DNA of 64,000 nucleotides from an uncultured bacterium (GCA_965369655.1 CBDUQR010000009.1:11480-75479), one strand, 5' to 3'. Counted from the first letter of the stretch, positions 37,402 to 48,581 are shown. Notes: generated by a model from the sequence alone, not told the origin. Numbers and translations: made by a program.

Positions 37402-39642
37402 ATGCGCACATCGCGGATTACATTGTTATTGCTGACTACGACTCTTGTCGTTGCGATATTTCCCAACCTGTTCGCATCGAATGCCCCGGTGAGCTTCAGC
37501 GACAAAATTAGCGTTCACTTCGAATCGGATCTCCTCTGGAGAACTGTCTATGATGCGAAGCATGATAAGGGGACGATTTTCCTTCTGATGGTTAACGGTC
37601 TTCAGGCCTACGATGGCGGCGTCGATTTCGTGAATCCGTCGTTCGTGTCGCAGTTGAGGCTTGACGAGGCGTACGACCATCTCGAACTGGCTGGCGATCA
37701 CGGTGCAGTCTATACGAGCGATGGTCGGATTGCGTTTGTCGACATTGCCGATCTGCATGATATTCGTCTGAGCGGAACCATTGACGTGAACGACACGCTT
37801 TTTGATTATGCGATGTACGATTCCGCCGGTTTCGTTGCTTGTGGATTTGAGGGAGTCAGGATCATCGACCAGTCGGACCTGCAGAATGCTGTGGTGACAG
37901 GCACGCTGGAGGATGCTGTGCATGCCGTCGCCGTCGAGGCTGCGAACGGATATTTATATGTGGTCGACGATTTCAACGGGCTGCTTGTCTACGATCTCGA
38001 CGACCCGCTTGAGCCGCAGTTGATCGATTATATTCTGTTCTCATCATCCGTGAGGGATATCTCGGTGACCGGCGACAGGTTGTATCTCGCGTGTGGCGAA
38101 TCAGGAGTTCACGCCTACAGTATCGAGCTCCCATGGCGGATCGTTCCGCGCAGAACGTATGCGACCGATTCGCGGGTTCTGAAAGTCGAATCATTCGATG
38201 AGGCGGTGCTGGCCGTCGACCTGTTCGGAGCAGCTCATGTTTTCGGCACAGGGAGTTCGGAGGCGAGGATGGTCCTCGACAGCCGGGATGCGTCCGACCG
38301 TTTCGATTTCGCCAGACGAAACGGGCGCGATTACCTGTTTGCACCTGACCGGTCGGGCGATTTCAGGGTGTTGTCGGTCGATAACGGGTCGGAGCCGGAT
38401 CGAGTCTGGTTATATCCCGGGTCGTATCGGATTTCGAGTGTCGCTCTGGTCGACAGTCTCCTCCTCGTATCGGGAGCGTCCGATGATCTCGGCATCTGGA
38501 AGATCGGCGCCGGTGCGCCGGAGATGGTATCATCGCTTGAATCATCCAATCAGTTCACGTATGTGACAGCGCTCGATTCGCTGGTGATGGTGGCTGAGAA
38601 CAGCCTTGCCACCGGTTTCATACATCTGCTGAGCACCGCGGATGCCTGCTGCATGCTAAACATGAAAAAAACCCTGACGTCAGTTCCGGACGTCGCCGAC
38701 ATCAAGGCGGAATACAACGACACGGGAAGCGTTGACTTGGTATCATTCGGCGCCGATGGCACGATGATTATAACCATAGGTTTCCCGGAGGAACCGCCGG
38801 AGGATTTCTATGTTGCGACTGGGTATGCGTTCATCCCATCCGGTTTCCGCGTTGCGGCGGTGGATAGAGCGGGGGGCTACGTTTACACCGTGACCTCCAA
38901 GGGGTCTATCGGCACGATCTACGATGCGAGGACAGTTGGCCACAGTGATCCCGTGACCGAAATCGGCAGCTTCTCGATACGGGGAAGTGTCAGGAGTATC
39001 GAGGTTCTCGACAGTGTTTGCTATGTTGCCGGGATGTTCGGTCTCAGAGTATTTGAGATGGACGGCCCGCTGATCGGTTCGCTGACCGATGATCGGTATG
39101 GCTCGTATGATTTTCTGGACCTGGTGCTCGATGAAGAATCCGACCTGATGTTTGCAGCGATGGGAGACGATGGCGTCGCGATTTTCGATATCTCCGACCG
39201 CACATCTCCAGAGTTGATGTCGATCATGGATACTCCCGGTTTTGCGCGGCAGCTCGATTTTGCCGATGGCGTTATCGCGGTAGCGGACGAGCATTCCGTT
39301 CAGATGTTCAGATACGAACTGTACCACAGCGAACGCGACCATATTCTTCCGAAGAATTTCTCCCTCTCACAGAATTATCCCAACCCATTCAACGGTCTCA
39401 CGAGGATCACTGTCTCCGTTCCAGCTTCCGGGTCGGAGGGAGAACGAGTGACGCTCGAGATAATAAACCTGCTCGGCCAGGTGGTCAGAACGATCGTCGA
39501 CCAGCCTCTTGACCCGGGGATTCACGTTTTCACCTGGGATGCGAGAGAATCATTGGGTGAAGGGGTCGCGAGCGGGATATACTTCTGCAGGCTTTCAGTT
39601 GCCGGTTTCTGTGAAATGCGGAAGATGCTGTATCTGAAATAG
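37402..39642 (+). CDS. Secreted LVIVD-repeat beta-propeller protein with C-terminal FlgD-Ig/T9SS-like domain
   Basis: GVRIIDQSD, GLLVYDLDDP, GVAIFDISD repeats; LSQNYPNPFN. Confidence 0.85.
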   Translation: MRTSRITLLLLTTTLVVAIFPNLFASNAPVSFSDKISVHFESDLLWRTVYDAKHDKGTIFLLMVNGLQAYDGGVDFVNPSFVSQLRLDEAYDHLELAGDHGAVYTSDGRIAFVDIADLHDIRLSGTIDVNDTLFDYAMYDSAGFVACGFEGVRIIDQSDLQNAVVTGTLEDAVHAVAVEAANGYLYVVDDFNGLLVYDLDDPLEPQLIDYILFSSSVRDISVTGDRLYLACGESGVHAYSIELPWRIVPRRTYATDSRVLKVESFDEAVLAVDLFGAAHVFGTGSSEARMVLDSRDASDRFDFARRNGRDYLFAPDRSGDFRVLSVDNGSEPDRVWLYPGSYRISSVALVDSLLLVSGASDDLGIWKIGAGAPEMVSSLESSNQFTYVTALDSLVMVAENSLATGFIHLLSTADACCMLNMKKTLTSVPDVADIKAEYNDTGSVDLVSFGADGTMIITIGFPEEPPEDFYVATGYAFIPSGFRVAAVDRAGGYVYTVTSKGSIGTIYDARTVGHSDPVTEIGSFSIRGSVRSIEVLDSVCYVAGMFGLRVFEMDGPLIGSLTDDRYGSYDFLDLVLDEESDLMFAAMGDDGVAIFDISDRTSPELMSIMDTPGFARQLDFADGVIAVADEHSVQMFRYELYHSERDHILPKNFSLSQNYPNPFNGLTRITVSVPASGSEGERVTLEIINLLGQVVRTIVDQPLDPGIHVFTWDARESLGEGVASGIYFCRLSVAGFCEMRKMLYLK

Positions 39643-39801
39643 CGATACTGCCAGCTAACTCCGTCATCAATAACTGGAAACACGCTGCCCGCATACGCGT
39701 AGAATTCTACGGACAATTGTGTCGTGTGACAGTAGAACATTGTCTTGACACGATTCACGCGATTTGATAGTTTCTCGTTAGATACAGAAGGGAAGGTGAT
39801 C

Positions 39802-40509
39802 ATGAAAAATCCTGTTCTGATAGCATTACAGTTCCTGCTGGCGATCTGCGTACTTGCGCCGACTATGGCTTTCGGTGGTAAGAAGGATGCTGGCGAGACT
39901 ATCGGTGATTCAATTTATGTGGACAACAAGTTCGGGTTCTCGCTGACTAAGATAGATACGTGGAAGTTCCAGATGGTATTCAAGGACAAAGACATAACTC
40001 GAATAGTGTTGATCAAGAAAAGCCCGATAATTCCTGCTCAGTTCACCGACCACAAGGACTATTTCACTCAGCCGCAAGTGACTGTGCTGGCGTATGAAAA
40101 GAAAGCCAAACCGAAAGAGTACGCTGCATTTCTCATTGATGACAAGGGTAAAGATGACCTGAAGAAGAAAGCGTATCAGAAGTTTATCCTCTTCCAGGCG
40201 GAATCGAAGTACAACTTCGAGCATCAGAAAACCAGATCAACGAAGATCGGTGGTGAGCATGCGGCGAGGATCAAGGGCAGGAAGCAGTACTACTGGGCTT
40301 TTGAAGGCAAAGGCGCCCAGGATGAGGAGCGGTCCGGATATGCGCGTGGAGAGATTCTTTCCGACTATGTCTCGGGCAGCATATACGTCATCTGTACCGA
40401 TAAGAATATTGTTCTGGTAGAGTGTGTTGGAGAGAGGGAAATGATTCGCAAGCTGAGTGAGGATTTCGACGCGATACTCGATGGGTTCGCATTTAGCGAT
40501 GATGACTGA
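39802..40509 (+). CDS. Exported hypothetical protein (possible PsbP/Mog1-like fold)
   Basis: Signal peptide; YVDNKFGFSL..W and terminal FDAILDGFAF pattern. Confidence 0.65.
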   Translation: MKNPVLIALQFLLAICVLAPTMAFGGKKDAGETIGDSIYVDNKFGFSLTKIDTWKFQMVFKDKDITRIVLIKKSPIIPAQFTDHKDYFTQPQVTVLAYEKKAKPKEYAAFLIDDKGKDDLKKKAYQKFILFQAESKYNFEHQKTRSTKIGGEHAARIKGRKQYYWAFEGKGAQDEERSGYARGEILSDYVSGSIYVICTDKNIVLVECVGEREMIRKLSEDFDAILDGFAFSDDD

Positions 40510-40604
40510 GAGCCTGTTCTCGCTCGTAGACGCTTCTCGTTGTTTTTGTTTGACAGTCTTGCTGCGTCCCGGTAATTTACTGATGCCTGGCTAAAGGAGG
40601 ATTC

Positions 40605-40931
40605 ATGTGGGCAATTAGATATTTTCTTCTCCTGATCCTGATCGTGGTGATTCTCGGGTTTGCGGTGCTGAACTCCTCCCAGAAAGTGCTGATAAACCTC
40701 CCGAACAGGATGATCACTGATGTTCCGCTGACCGTGGTGATTCTCTGTGCGTTCTGCGTGGGACTACTGGTAAGCTTTATTCTGACTATCGCTCATACGA
40801 TGAAGATGTCCGGCCAGGTTCGGAATGGCCGAAGGAAGGTCACGCAACTGGAAATGGAGCTTGCCGCGCTGAGGAACCGTTCGCTCGAGGACATCGACAA
40901 TCTCGATGAAAGCGAGGTCAAGACGGAATGA
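40605..40931 (+). CDS. lapA: LapA-family lipopolysaccharide assembly protein
   Basis: GFAVLNSSQKV..VPL..FCVG; two TM helices plus coiled coil; upstream of a TPR gene. Confidence 0.8.
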   Translation: MWAIRYFLLLILIVVILGFAVLNSSQKVLINLPNRMITDVPLTVVILCAFCVGLLVSFILTIAHTMKMSGQVRNGRRKVTQLEMELAALRNRSLEDIDNLDESEVKTE

Positions 40932-41992
40932 CCACATTTGGATGGATTGTAGCGGCGGTAGTGGTTGTGGCGGCTGCCGGCGGCGGAGTATACTATTACT
41001 ATTTTCGCGGGCAGTTGCGCGATAGGGTATCTCCGGATGACAGCTATGTGGAAGCGCTCAGGGCGCTTCTGGACGGCAACCATACGCTGGCGTTTCTCAA
41101 GCTCAAAGAGACCGTTACTCACGATTCGAACAACATCGACGCATATCTTCGCCTCGCGGCTCTGTTGCGCCAGCGCGGTATGCATGCGAAGGCGTTGCAA
41201 CTCGGAACGGACTTGAGCATCAGGCAGAATGTCAGCGCCGCCGATCGTGTCAGGATTCTCTACAATCTTGCCGAGGATCATGTGGTCGCAGGCAAGGCTG
41301 AATCCGCCGAGGGCATCTACCGGCAACTTCTCCAGATGAGCGGGCAGAAGCCGACCGTTACGCAGAAACTCGTTGAGTTGTATGAGCGCATGGGAAGGTG
41401 GAATGATGCGTTCAGGGCGGGTCAGAACTACCTCGATCTTACCGGAAATCGCGACAAATCTTCGCTCTCGAAGTATAAGATCAGGATAGCAACGAAGCTT
41501 GTATCCGATGGGGAGTTTCACAAGGCTCGCGTGGAGTTCAAGGAGGCTTTGAAGCTCGACAAGAAGTGTGCGGAAGCTGTGGTTGGGCTTGGCGACGCCT
41601 ATGAGAAAGAGAATCGAACCGAGGATGCAGTCAAAGCCTGGCGGAGGATCATTGATGTTGCACCCGAGAAGGCGGAGCTTGTCTTTGAGCGTCTCAGGAA
41701 AGCCCTGTTTGATCTTGGACAGTTTGGCGAGATCGAGGAATTGTACACCAAAGTGCTGGAGAGGGACAATGACAATGTCGCCGCCCTGACCGGTCTGGCG
41801 AATCTCTCAGAGAAGAAAGGCGACCCGGCGCATGCCGAGGATACATATCATCGCATACTCGAAATAAAGCCCGACTACGCTCCCGCAATCGTAGGACTCC
41901 TGAAACTGTACAGGGAAGAAAAGAGATTCGGCGAAGCCGCCAAGGTCATAGACAAAACGGTTGACTCGATTCTTACTGTCGACAAGTCATAA
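40928..41992 (+). CDS. lapB: LapB-like membrane-anchored TPR protein
   Basis: N-terminal TM; YVEALRALL..; TPR repeats; ATGA overlap with lapA; no C-terminal rubredoxin CxxC. Confidence 0.65.
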   Translation: MTTFGWIVAAVVVVAAAGGGVYYYYFRGQLRDRVSPDDSYVEALRALLDGNHTLAFLKLKETVTHDSNNIDAYLRLAALLRQRGMHAKALQLGTDLSIRQNVSAADRVRILYNLAEDHVVAGKAESAEGIYRQLLQMSGQKPTVTQKLVELYERMGRWNDAFRAGQNYLDLTGNRDKSSLSKYKIRIATKLVSDGEFHKARVEFKEALKLDKKCAEAVVGLGDAYEKENRTEDAVKAWRRIIDVAPEKAELVFERLRKALFDLGQFGEIEELYTKVLERDNDNVAALTGLANLSEKKGDPAHAEDTYHRILEIKPDYAPAIVGLLKLYREEKRFGEAAKVIDKTVDSILTVDKS

Positions 41993-41999
41993 GCCCAAA

Positions 42000-43016
42000 A
42001 TGATCTCACATGTTCGAACAAGCATAGCGCTGGCCGCGGCTGCGGCGGCCTTTTTGTTCTGGAGCAGTTCTGCGTCCGGGGGAAGATACTCGGAGATAGA
42101 AGACCTGCTGCGCTCCGGTAATTTCCAACTCGCGACAGAGCAACTCGACAGAGTTGTCGGTTCCGATTTCATCGATGCCGAGGGATTCTATCATTATTCG
42201 AGGCTCGAAATCAGGGGCGAGATCGCGCTGGAGCATCTTCGCAAAAGTCTGAATCTCTGCGACGATACCGACTGCTCCCCCACTCTCGCCGAACTCGCGG
42301 ACGCGCTATATACAAGCGGAGAATATGAGAGAGTGATTCAACTCTTCGACAAGTACTCGAAAAAAATCGCGATATCGCATGCAGGTTTTGAATTCTACTG
42401 GTTTGCAGCCATGTCGAGAATGCGCAACGGTGATTTCAAGGATGCCGAAAAAACATTCAAGAAAATCGAGAAGAAGTTCGACACTGCGCGTTATTCGTCA
42501 TGGGGCATTCTTGGCAGAGGACTCGCAAACGATGGCGCAGGCAAGACGAAAGACGCCTCGTCCCGGTTCCGCTCTCTGACCGCATCGGGCGGAGAGATAT
42601 CGGCTCTCGCGCTTTACAACGAATCGATCGTTGCCGCAGAGAGCGGCAGGAGAGAGGATGCTCTTCACGGCTACAATCTTCTGGACATTCGATTCGATGA
42701 TTTCATTGGAAGCGCCGAGCTTGCGTATCTGATACTTGACAAGGATCGGCCCCCAGCGTCCGGCGATGCCGAGCAGCTTGCAGATGTTACCTACACAATC
42801 GAGATGGGTCTCTTCAGGGAGAGAGAAGAAGCTGACAAATTGTACGGCAGGCTTAAGGCGGGCAAGTGGTCGGTCAGGCTCGACAGGCGGCGGATCGCCG
42901 ACAGAAGCTACTGGGCTGTTCAAGTCGGGATTTTCAGAAGCAGGGAGTCGGCGGATGAAACCAGAAAGAAGCTGGAGAGTCTGATACCGGGCAATTACCG
43001 CGTGGTTTTGAGATAG
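42000..43016 (+). CDS. TPR and SPOR domain protein
   Basis: Signal peptide; C-terminal YTIEMGLFREREEA..VQVGIFRSRESA SPOR domain. Confidence 0.8.
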   Translation: MISHVRTSIALAAAAAAFLFWSSSASGGRYSEIEDLLRSGNFQLATEQLDRVVGSDFIDAEGFYHYSRLEIRGEIALEHLRKSLNLCDDTDCSPTLAELADALYTSGEYERVIQLFDKYSKKIAISHAGFEFYWFAAMSRMRNGDFKDAEKTFKKIEKKFDTARYSSWGILGRGLANDGAGKTKDASSRFRSLTASGGEISALALYNESIVAAESGRREDALHGYNLLDIRFDDFIGSAELAYLILDKDRPPASGDAEQLADVTYTIEMGLFREREEADKLYGRLKAGKWSVRLDRRRIADRSYWAVQVGIFRSRESADETRKKLESLIPGNYRVVLR

Positions 43017-43024
43017 TCATTCCT

Positions 43025-45628
43025 ATGGCCGATAAACCTACACCGTTCATGGAACAGTACAACCGGATCAAGAGCCGGTACCCGGACAAGATACTGTTCT
43101 TTCGCATGGGCGACTTCTACGAGATGTTCGGCGATGACGCCGTGAAGGCGGCGCCTATCCTCGGTATCACTCTCACATCACGCGCGCACGGGAAAAATGG
43201 CAACATCCCGCTCGCCGGTGTGCCGTACCACGCCGCTGAGAAGTACCTGGCGAGGCTGGTCAATGCGGGCGAGAAGGTCGTCATCTGCGAACAGGTCGAG
43301 GACCCGAAACTCGCGCGCGGTCTTGTGAAGCGAGATGTTGTGGAAGTCATCACTCCGGGTACGGTTGCTATCGAGGGTGCGCTGGACCGTGACACGAACA
43401 ACTATCTCGCCGCACTGTATCGGGATCGGAACTGCATCGGCATATCATACACAGATATGACGACGGGGGAGTTTTTCGTCGACGAGACTGATGTCGCAAA
43501 ACTGCCGGATCGACTGCTCAATCTCAATGCGGCGGAAATTATTTTGCCTGATGATTCGGACGATCTGGCTGATATGATAAAGGGCGTGATCGTGCAGGCT
43601 GCGCTGACTCCGCTCGAAGGCTGGAAATTCGATCGACAGATGGCTCGCGAGACTCTCTGCGAGCAGTTCGGCGTCGTTTCGCTCGATGGTTTCGGGCTTG
43701 ATGGTATGACTGCCGGCGTGTCTGCTGCGGGCGCCGTAATCGCCTACCTCAACGAGACCAGGATGGGTGCGCTGAAACACATCACCAAAATCTCCCGCGT
43801 GAGCGACGATCATCTGATGTTTCTCGATTTCGCAACGCTGACGAATCTCGAAATCGTGACCGCCGCCGACGGCAGCAATTCGCTGTACAATCATATTAAC
43901 TTTACGAAAACACCGATGGGCGCGAGGATGCTTCGTCGGTGGCTTGTCAGTCCGCTGAAAAACAGGGATCGGATTCTGCTGCGGCAAAGCGCGGTCGAGG
44001 AGCTATCGGATAAGAGATCTGAGAGGAAAGACGTTATAGAGATATTGGGACGAATCGGCGATATCGAACGCCTGGCCGGGAAAGTCGGCTCGCTGCGAGC
44101 ATCGCCGAGAGATATCGTCGGACTCGGCAAAGCCATGTTGCAAACTGTCGCGCTTCATGCAGTCGTATCTCAACTCTCGTCCGAGCTTTTCAACTCGCTG
44201 ACTATCAGCCCCGATGAATTGAATGAAATCGCCGAATTAATCTCGAATGCGATTGTCGAAACTCCCCCAAGTCTGTTGCATGAAGGCGGCATAATGAAGC
44301 CGGGTTTCGACGAGTCGCTCGACCGGATGAACGAGGAGATCAAGTCCTCCAAAGAGTGGATCGCGTCGTTGCAGGAGCGTGAGCGTGAGAGGACCGGCAT
44401 CCCGGTTCTCAAGGTCGGTTACAACAGGGTTTTCGGATACTACATCGAAGTGACCAGGCCGCATCTTGGCAAAGTGCCGCCGGAATACATTCGCAAGCAG
44501 ACACTGGTATCGGCGGAGAGATTCGTCACTCCGGATCTGAAGGAGAAAGAAGAACTGGTTCTGAAAGCCGAGGAGAAGATCAACGCGCTCGAACAGAAGC
44601 TCTTCGAGGATCTTCGTCTCAAGCTCTCCGACCGCATCGCTCTGTATCAATCGGCAGCGCTCTATGTCGCGATCGTGGATGTAATCACTTCGATGGCGTC
44701 GGTCGCCGAAAAGAATCGATATGTCAAACCTGAGATAAACGATAGTCCGGACCTCGAAATCATCGGCGGACGGCATCCGGTTCTCGAAGGAGTTCTCCCG
44801 TCCGGCAGCTTCGTTCCCAATGACACCGAAATCATCGCTGCAAAGTCGCAGATACAGATCATCACAGGTCCCAATATGGCGGGCAAATCGACATACCTGA
44901 GACAGGTCGGGCTGATCGTACTGCTTGCGCAGATTGGATCGTTTGTGCCAGCCGAGAGCGCTTCGATCGGCCTTGTCGACAGGATATTCACGAGGGTGGG
45001 TGCTGCGGACAAACTGACGCTCGGGCAGTCGACATTCCTCGTGGAGATGAACGAGACGGCGAACATTTTGAACAATGCAACATCGAGAAGTCTGATACTC
45101 CTCGACGAAGTTGGCCGAGGCACATCGACATATGACGGCCTCTCTATCGCGTGGTCAGTGGCAGAATATCTGCACGAGACGCCGGATCGCCAGGCGCGGA
45201 CACTGTTCGCCACGCATTATCACGAACTGACTCAGCTCGCATCGCGATTCAAACGAGTGCGGAATTTTCAGGTGGCGGTTCGCGAGTGGCAGGATCAGAT
45301 TGTGTTTCTCAGGAAGATCGTACCGGGCGGATGTGACGATTCTTATGGGATCGAGGTTGCGCGGATGGCGGGACTGCCTAATGAAGTTACGAGTCGAGCC
45401 AGGATACTGCTCGAATTGATCGAGTCGGGTAATTTCTTTTCGACCGACGGCGACAAGCCGATAGCCGAAGCCGAGAAAGATCTCTTCTCGTTCAAACATG
45501 GCGACTCCAACAAACTGAAGAAAAAGATATATGATCGGATAAAAGAGTTGCACCCGGAACAGATGACGCCACTCGAAGCGTTGAATCTCATTGCGGAACT
45601 CAAACGACTGGTTGACGATGACGTGTAG
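43025..45628 (+). CDS. mutS: DNA mismatch repair protein MutS
   Basis: FFRMGDFYE, TGPNMAGKST, DEVGRGTST, ATHYHEL, SYGIEVA. Confidence 0.99.
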   Translation: MADKPTPFMEQYNRIKSRYPDKILFFRMGDFYEMFGDDAVKAAPILGITLTSRAHGKNGNIPLAGVPYHAAEKYLARLVNAGEKVVICEQVEDPKLARGLVKRDVVEVITPGTVAIEGALDRDTNNYLAALYRDRNCIGISYTDMTTGEFFVDETDVAKLPDRLLNLNAAEIILPDDSDDLADMIKGVIVQAALTPLEGWKFDRQMARETLCEQFGVVSLDGFGLDGMTAGVSAAGAVIAYLNETRMGALKHITKISRVSDDHLMFLDFATLTNLEIVTAADGSNSLYNHINFTKTPMGARMLRRWLVSPLKNRDRILLRQSAVEELSDKRSERKDVIEILGRIGDIERLAGKVGSLRASPRDIVGLGKAMLQTVALHAVVSQLSSELFNSLTISPDELNEIAELISNAIVETPPSLLHEGGIMKPGFDESLDRMNEEIKSSKEWIASLQERERERTGIPVLKVGYNRVFGYYIEVTRPHLGKVPPEYIRKQTLVSAERFVTPDLKEKEELVLKAEEKINALEQKLFEDLRLKLSDRIALYQSAALYVAIVDVITSMASVAEKNRYVKPEINDSPDLEIIGGRHPVLEGVLPSGSFVPNDTEIIAAKSQIQIITGPNMAGKSTYLRQVGLIVLLAQIGSFVPAESASIGLVDRIFTRVGAADKLTLGQSTFLVEMNETANILNNATSRSLILLDEVGRGTSTYDGLSIAWSVAEYLHETPDRQARTLFATHYHELTQLASRFKRVRNFQVAVREWQDQIVFLRKIVPGGCDDSYGIEVARMAGLPNEVTSRARILLELIESGNFFSTDGDKPIAEAEKDLFSFKHGDSNKLKKKIYDRIKELHPEQMTPLEALNLIAELKRLVDDDV

Positions 45629-47447
45629 AATAAAGACACTGCCGGACAATCTGATAAACAAGATCGCCGCGGGCGAAGTAGTCGAACGACCCGCTTCTGT
45701 CGTCAAGGAACTGACCGAGAACTCGATCGATGCCGAGGCGACTCATATCTCTGTCGAGATCGAGCGGGGTGGAACGAAACTCGTGAAAGTGACGGATGAC
45801 GGAATCGGCATGACCTCCGAGGAAGCCGAACTCGCCGTGACACGGCACGCGACAAGCAAAATCGCATCGGTCGAAGATCTCTTTGCGATCTCGACACTCG
45901 GTTTCAGGGGCGAGGCGCTGCCGTCGATCGCGTCAGTTTCGATCTTCTCCATCACGACCCGTCGACGAGACTCTACTGAGGGCGCGCGAATTGTGATCGA
46001 CGGTGGGCGTACGAAATCATCGGGACCATCCGGCTCGCCTCCCGGGACTGTCATTGAAGTCAGGGAACTGTTTTTTAATCTTCCCGCACGGCGCAAGTTT
46101 CTCAAATCGTTGACTACCGAAACCCGTCAGGTGATGCAGGTGGTAACATCGCTCTCGCTTGCGCATCCGTCAGTCGGGTTCAGGCTCGATGCGGATGGCC
46201 GCAGTATTTTCGACTATGCGCCCGCTTCCAGCCCGGCACAGCGAATATCGGACGTCTACGGCGAGAACCTCTCGTCGCGATTCCTGAGTTTCGAGAAAGA
46301 TACGGGTCAGATCAATGTGATCGGCTTTATCTCGAAACCGGAAGACGCCAGGAGGCATCGGATGGAAGCGCGGTTTTTCGTGAACCGTCGTCCGGTATCA
46401 TCGAGGCTGATCCATGCTGCGGTGATGTCGGCGTTCGGCGAACTGCTTCCGAAGGGATGTTATCCGCAGGGTGCGCTTTTCGTCGAGATTTCGCCCGATT
46501 TGGTCGATGTCAATGTCTCGCCCTCGAAGAATGAAGTTCGGTTCAAGGATGAACGGTCGGTATATCATGTAGTCTACCACACGGTTTCCGAGGCTGTCTC
46601 CAAGTCAGATGTGATTCCCGAAATTCCACAGGATGCCGGGGATGCCGGATCGGCGGAGTATATCGAGAGGGCGCGGACGGCTGTCGAGTCGTTTATTCGC
46701 TCGCATGAGAGCGGACTGGATGATCGCTCGCAAGCCTCGTTATCGCTCGACACGAAACCTGAAGTGACCGTGTCTGTTAAATCGCCGATGCCAAATACAC
46801 CCGCATCTGGTCGCGAGCATGCCGCTGCGAAACCGGGTCCGACTACTCCACCGCAAACTGCGAGGCCGTCTGTTTCGCCGATCAGACCGTATCGACTCGT
46901 TGGATTTTCGGACCTGTATATCGTCGCGCTTTCTGCCGAAGCGATCTTTATTATCGATCAGCATGCCGCTCATGAGCGTGTGCTGTATGAAAAAGCTCTG
47001 GCGTCATTCGGCAAGTCGCAGATCGTCGCGCAGAAACTCCTGTTCCCGGTCAATGTCGAACTCGATGCTGCGTCGTTCCAGGCGGCGGAGTCGACGCTTG
47101 ATCGTTTCGAGAGCCTCGGCTTCGAGATCAGACCATTCGGCAGCAGGAGTGTGGCGATCTATGCCTCTCCGGCTGTTGCTCGCAATGCCAACCCTGAGAT
47201 GGTTTTCCGAAACATCCTCGATGATATATCGGGTTTCGAGTCGGAAGGCGAAGACATCAACAAGAAGATGGCGCAGAGTTTCGCATGCAGGGCTGCGATC
47301 AAGTCGGGGAATCGGCTGACCGAGGAGGAGATGGCTGGTCTTGTCGAAGATCTGTTTCTGTGCGGTAATCCTTATGTCTGTCCCCATGGCCGTCCCACTC
47401 TGATCAAGTTGAACAAGAGCGAGTTGGAGAAACGATTTGGGCGTTAA
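45618..47447 (+). CDS. mutL: DNA mismatch repair endonuclease MutL
   Basis: IAAGEVVERPASVVKEL, GFRGEAL, DQHAAHER, ACR, CPHGRP. Confidence 0.98.
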   Translation: MTCRIKTLPDNLINKIAAGEVVERPASVVKELTENSIDAEATHISVEIERGGTKLVKVTDDGIGMTSEEAELAVTRHATSKIASVEDLFAISTLGFRGEALPSIASVSIFSITTRRRDSTEGARIVIDGGRTKSSGPSGSPPGTVIEVRELFFNLPARRKFLKSLTTETRQVMQVVTSLSLAHPSVGFRLDADGRSIFDYAPASSPAQRISDVYGENLSSRFLSFEKDTGQINVIGFISKPEDARRHRMEARFFVNRRPVSSRLIHAAVMSAFGELLPKGCYPQGALFVEISPDLVDVNVSPSKNEVRFKDERSVYHVVYHTVSEAVSKSDVIPEIPQDAGDAGSAEYIERARTAVESFIRSHESGLDDRSQASLSLDTKPEVTVSVKSPMPNTPASGREHAAAKPGPTTPPQTARPSVSPIRPYRLVGFSDLYIVALSAEAIFIIDQHAAHERVLYEKALASFGKSQIVAQKLLFPVNVELDAASFQAAESTLDRFESLGFEIRPFGSRSVAIYASPAVARNANPEMVFRNILDDISGFESEGEDINKKMAQSFACRAAIKSGNRLTEEEMAGLVEDLFLCGNPYVCPHGRPTLIKLNKSELEKRFGR

Positions 47448-48372
47448 GCGTCTCTCTGTTGTCACCGTCATCTACGGACCTACGGCTGTGGGCAAGACGA
47501 CCGTTGCAATCGAGATCGCCGAGAAACTGGGTGGCGAGATTGTTTCCTGCGATTCGAGGCAGATATTCAAACATCTTGACATTGGCACTGCAAAGCCGAC
47601 CGAAGATGAGAGGCGACGGGCACGGTTTCATCTGATCGATGTGATTTCCCCGGATCGATTCATAAGCGCATTCGAGTTCAGGCAGATGGCTGAACAGGCG
47701 ATTGACGAAATTCTGGCTCGCGGTAGCGTACCGATAATGACGGTCGGGACCGGGTTTTATCTCAAAGCCATGACTGATGGTATCTTCGAGGCGCCATCGG
47801 ATGAACAGATTCGAGCGAAGCTCAAAGACGAGGCCAAAACTGACGGCAGCGCTTCACTATACGAACGGCTGAAGGAAATCGACCCGCAGACAGCCTCGGG
47901 ACTCTCTGAGAACGACTCTTTAAGGATCATCCGGGCGCTTGAGTTGTATGAACTTACAGGCATGACGCGAAGCGACTTAGCTGAGAGGAATCAGCCTGGA
48001 CCATCGCCATATCGCTTTGTATTCGCAGGGCTTACGCTGGAAAGGTCGTTGCTGTACGAAAAAATCGACAGACGCTGCGAGGCGATGATCGAGACCGGTC
48101 TAATCGATGAGGCGAGGACATTGCGGGAGAACGGGATACTGCCCGATGAGATCGCTGCGAAGATTGTCGGGTACGCCGAGGTCATCAGATATCTGGACGG
48201 ACTCTGTGATAGCGATACTATGCTTTCCGATTTCCAGCAGGCAACGCGGAATTATGCGAAACGTCAGGTTACATGGTTCAGAAAACACCCTGGAGGCAGG
48301 CAGTTCGGGGTCGAGAGTAATTCAGTGGCAGACAATGTCTTACGGGTATTTGAAGCCGAATTGGAGCATTAG
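47437..48372 (+). CDS. miaA: tRNA dimethylallyltransferase
   Basis: GPTAVGKT, DSRQI..IGTAKP, TRNYAKRQVTWFR; exact start uncertain. Confidence 0.96.
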   Translation: MGVKRLSVVTVIYGPTAVGKTTVAIEIAEKLGGEIVSCDSRQIFKHLDIGTAKPTEDERRRARFHLIDVISPDRFISAFEFRQMAEQAIDEILARGSVPIMTVGTGFYLKAMTDGIFEAPSDEQIRAKLKDEAKTDGSASLYERLKEIDPQTASGLSENDSLRIIRALELYELTGMTRSDLAERNQPGPSPYRFVFAGLTLERSLLYEKIDRRCEAMIETGLIDEARTLRENGILPDEIAAKIVGYAEVIRYLDGLCDSDTMLSDFQQATRNYAKRQVTWFRKHPGGRQFGVESNSVADNVLRVFEAELEH

Positions 48373-48447
48373 CGGATATTTTTTCGCGATTATTCCTGTC
48401 AAGTTGCTGAACGATAACCGATAATGAGAGATAGAAAGAAAAATGCC

Positions 48448-48477
48448 TTGACAAAATCCAACACGTAAGAGTATTAT
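48448..48477 (+). promoter_or_regulatory. Possible sigma70-type promoter for mltD
   Basis: TTGACA-N18-TATTAT. Confidence 0.45.
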
Positions 48478-48581
48478 GGCGTTGGCAGTCAAGGAGTTGT
48501 AACTCAGATCCGCCAGTGGATGGCGGACACACTGGGATTCATCACATGTTCAGATGCAGATGCTCTGATTGAGGGGATGAT

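Noticed and set aside
48480-48581. c-di-AMP or other riboswitch in the mltD leader
   Set aside because: Only one simple hairpin (TCCGCCA/TGGCGGA); no consensus motifs recognised.
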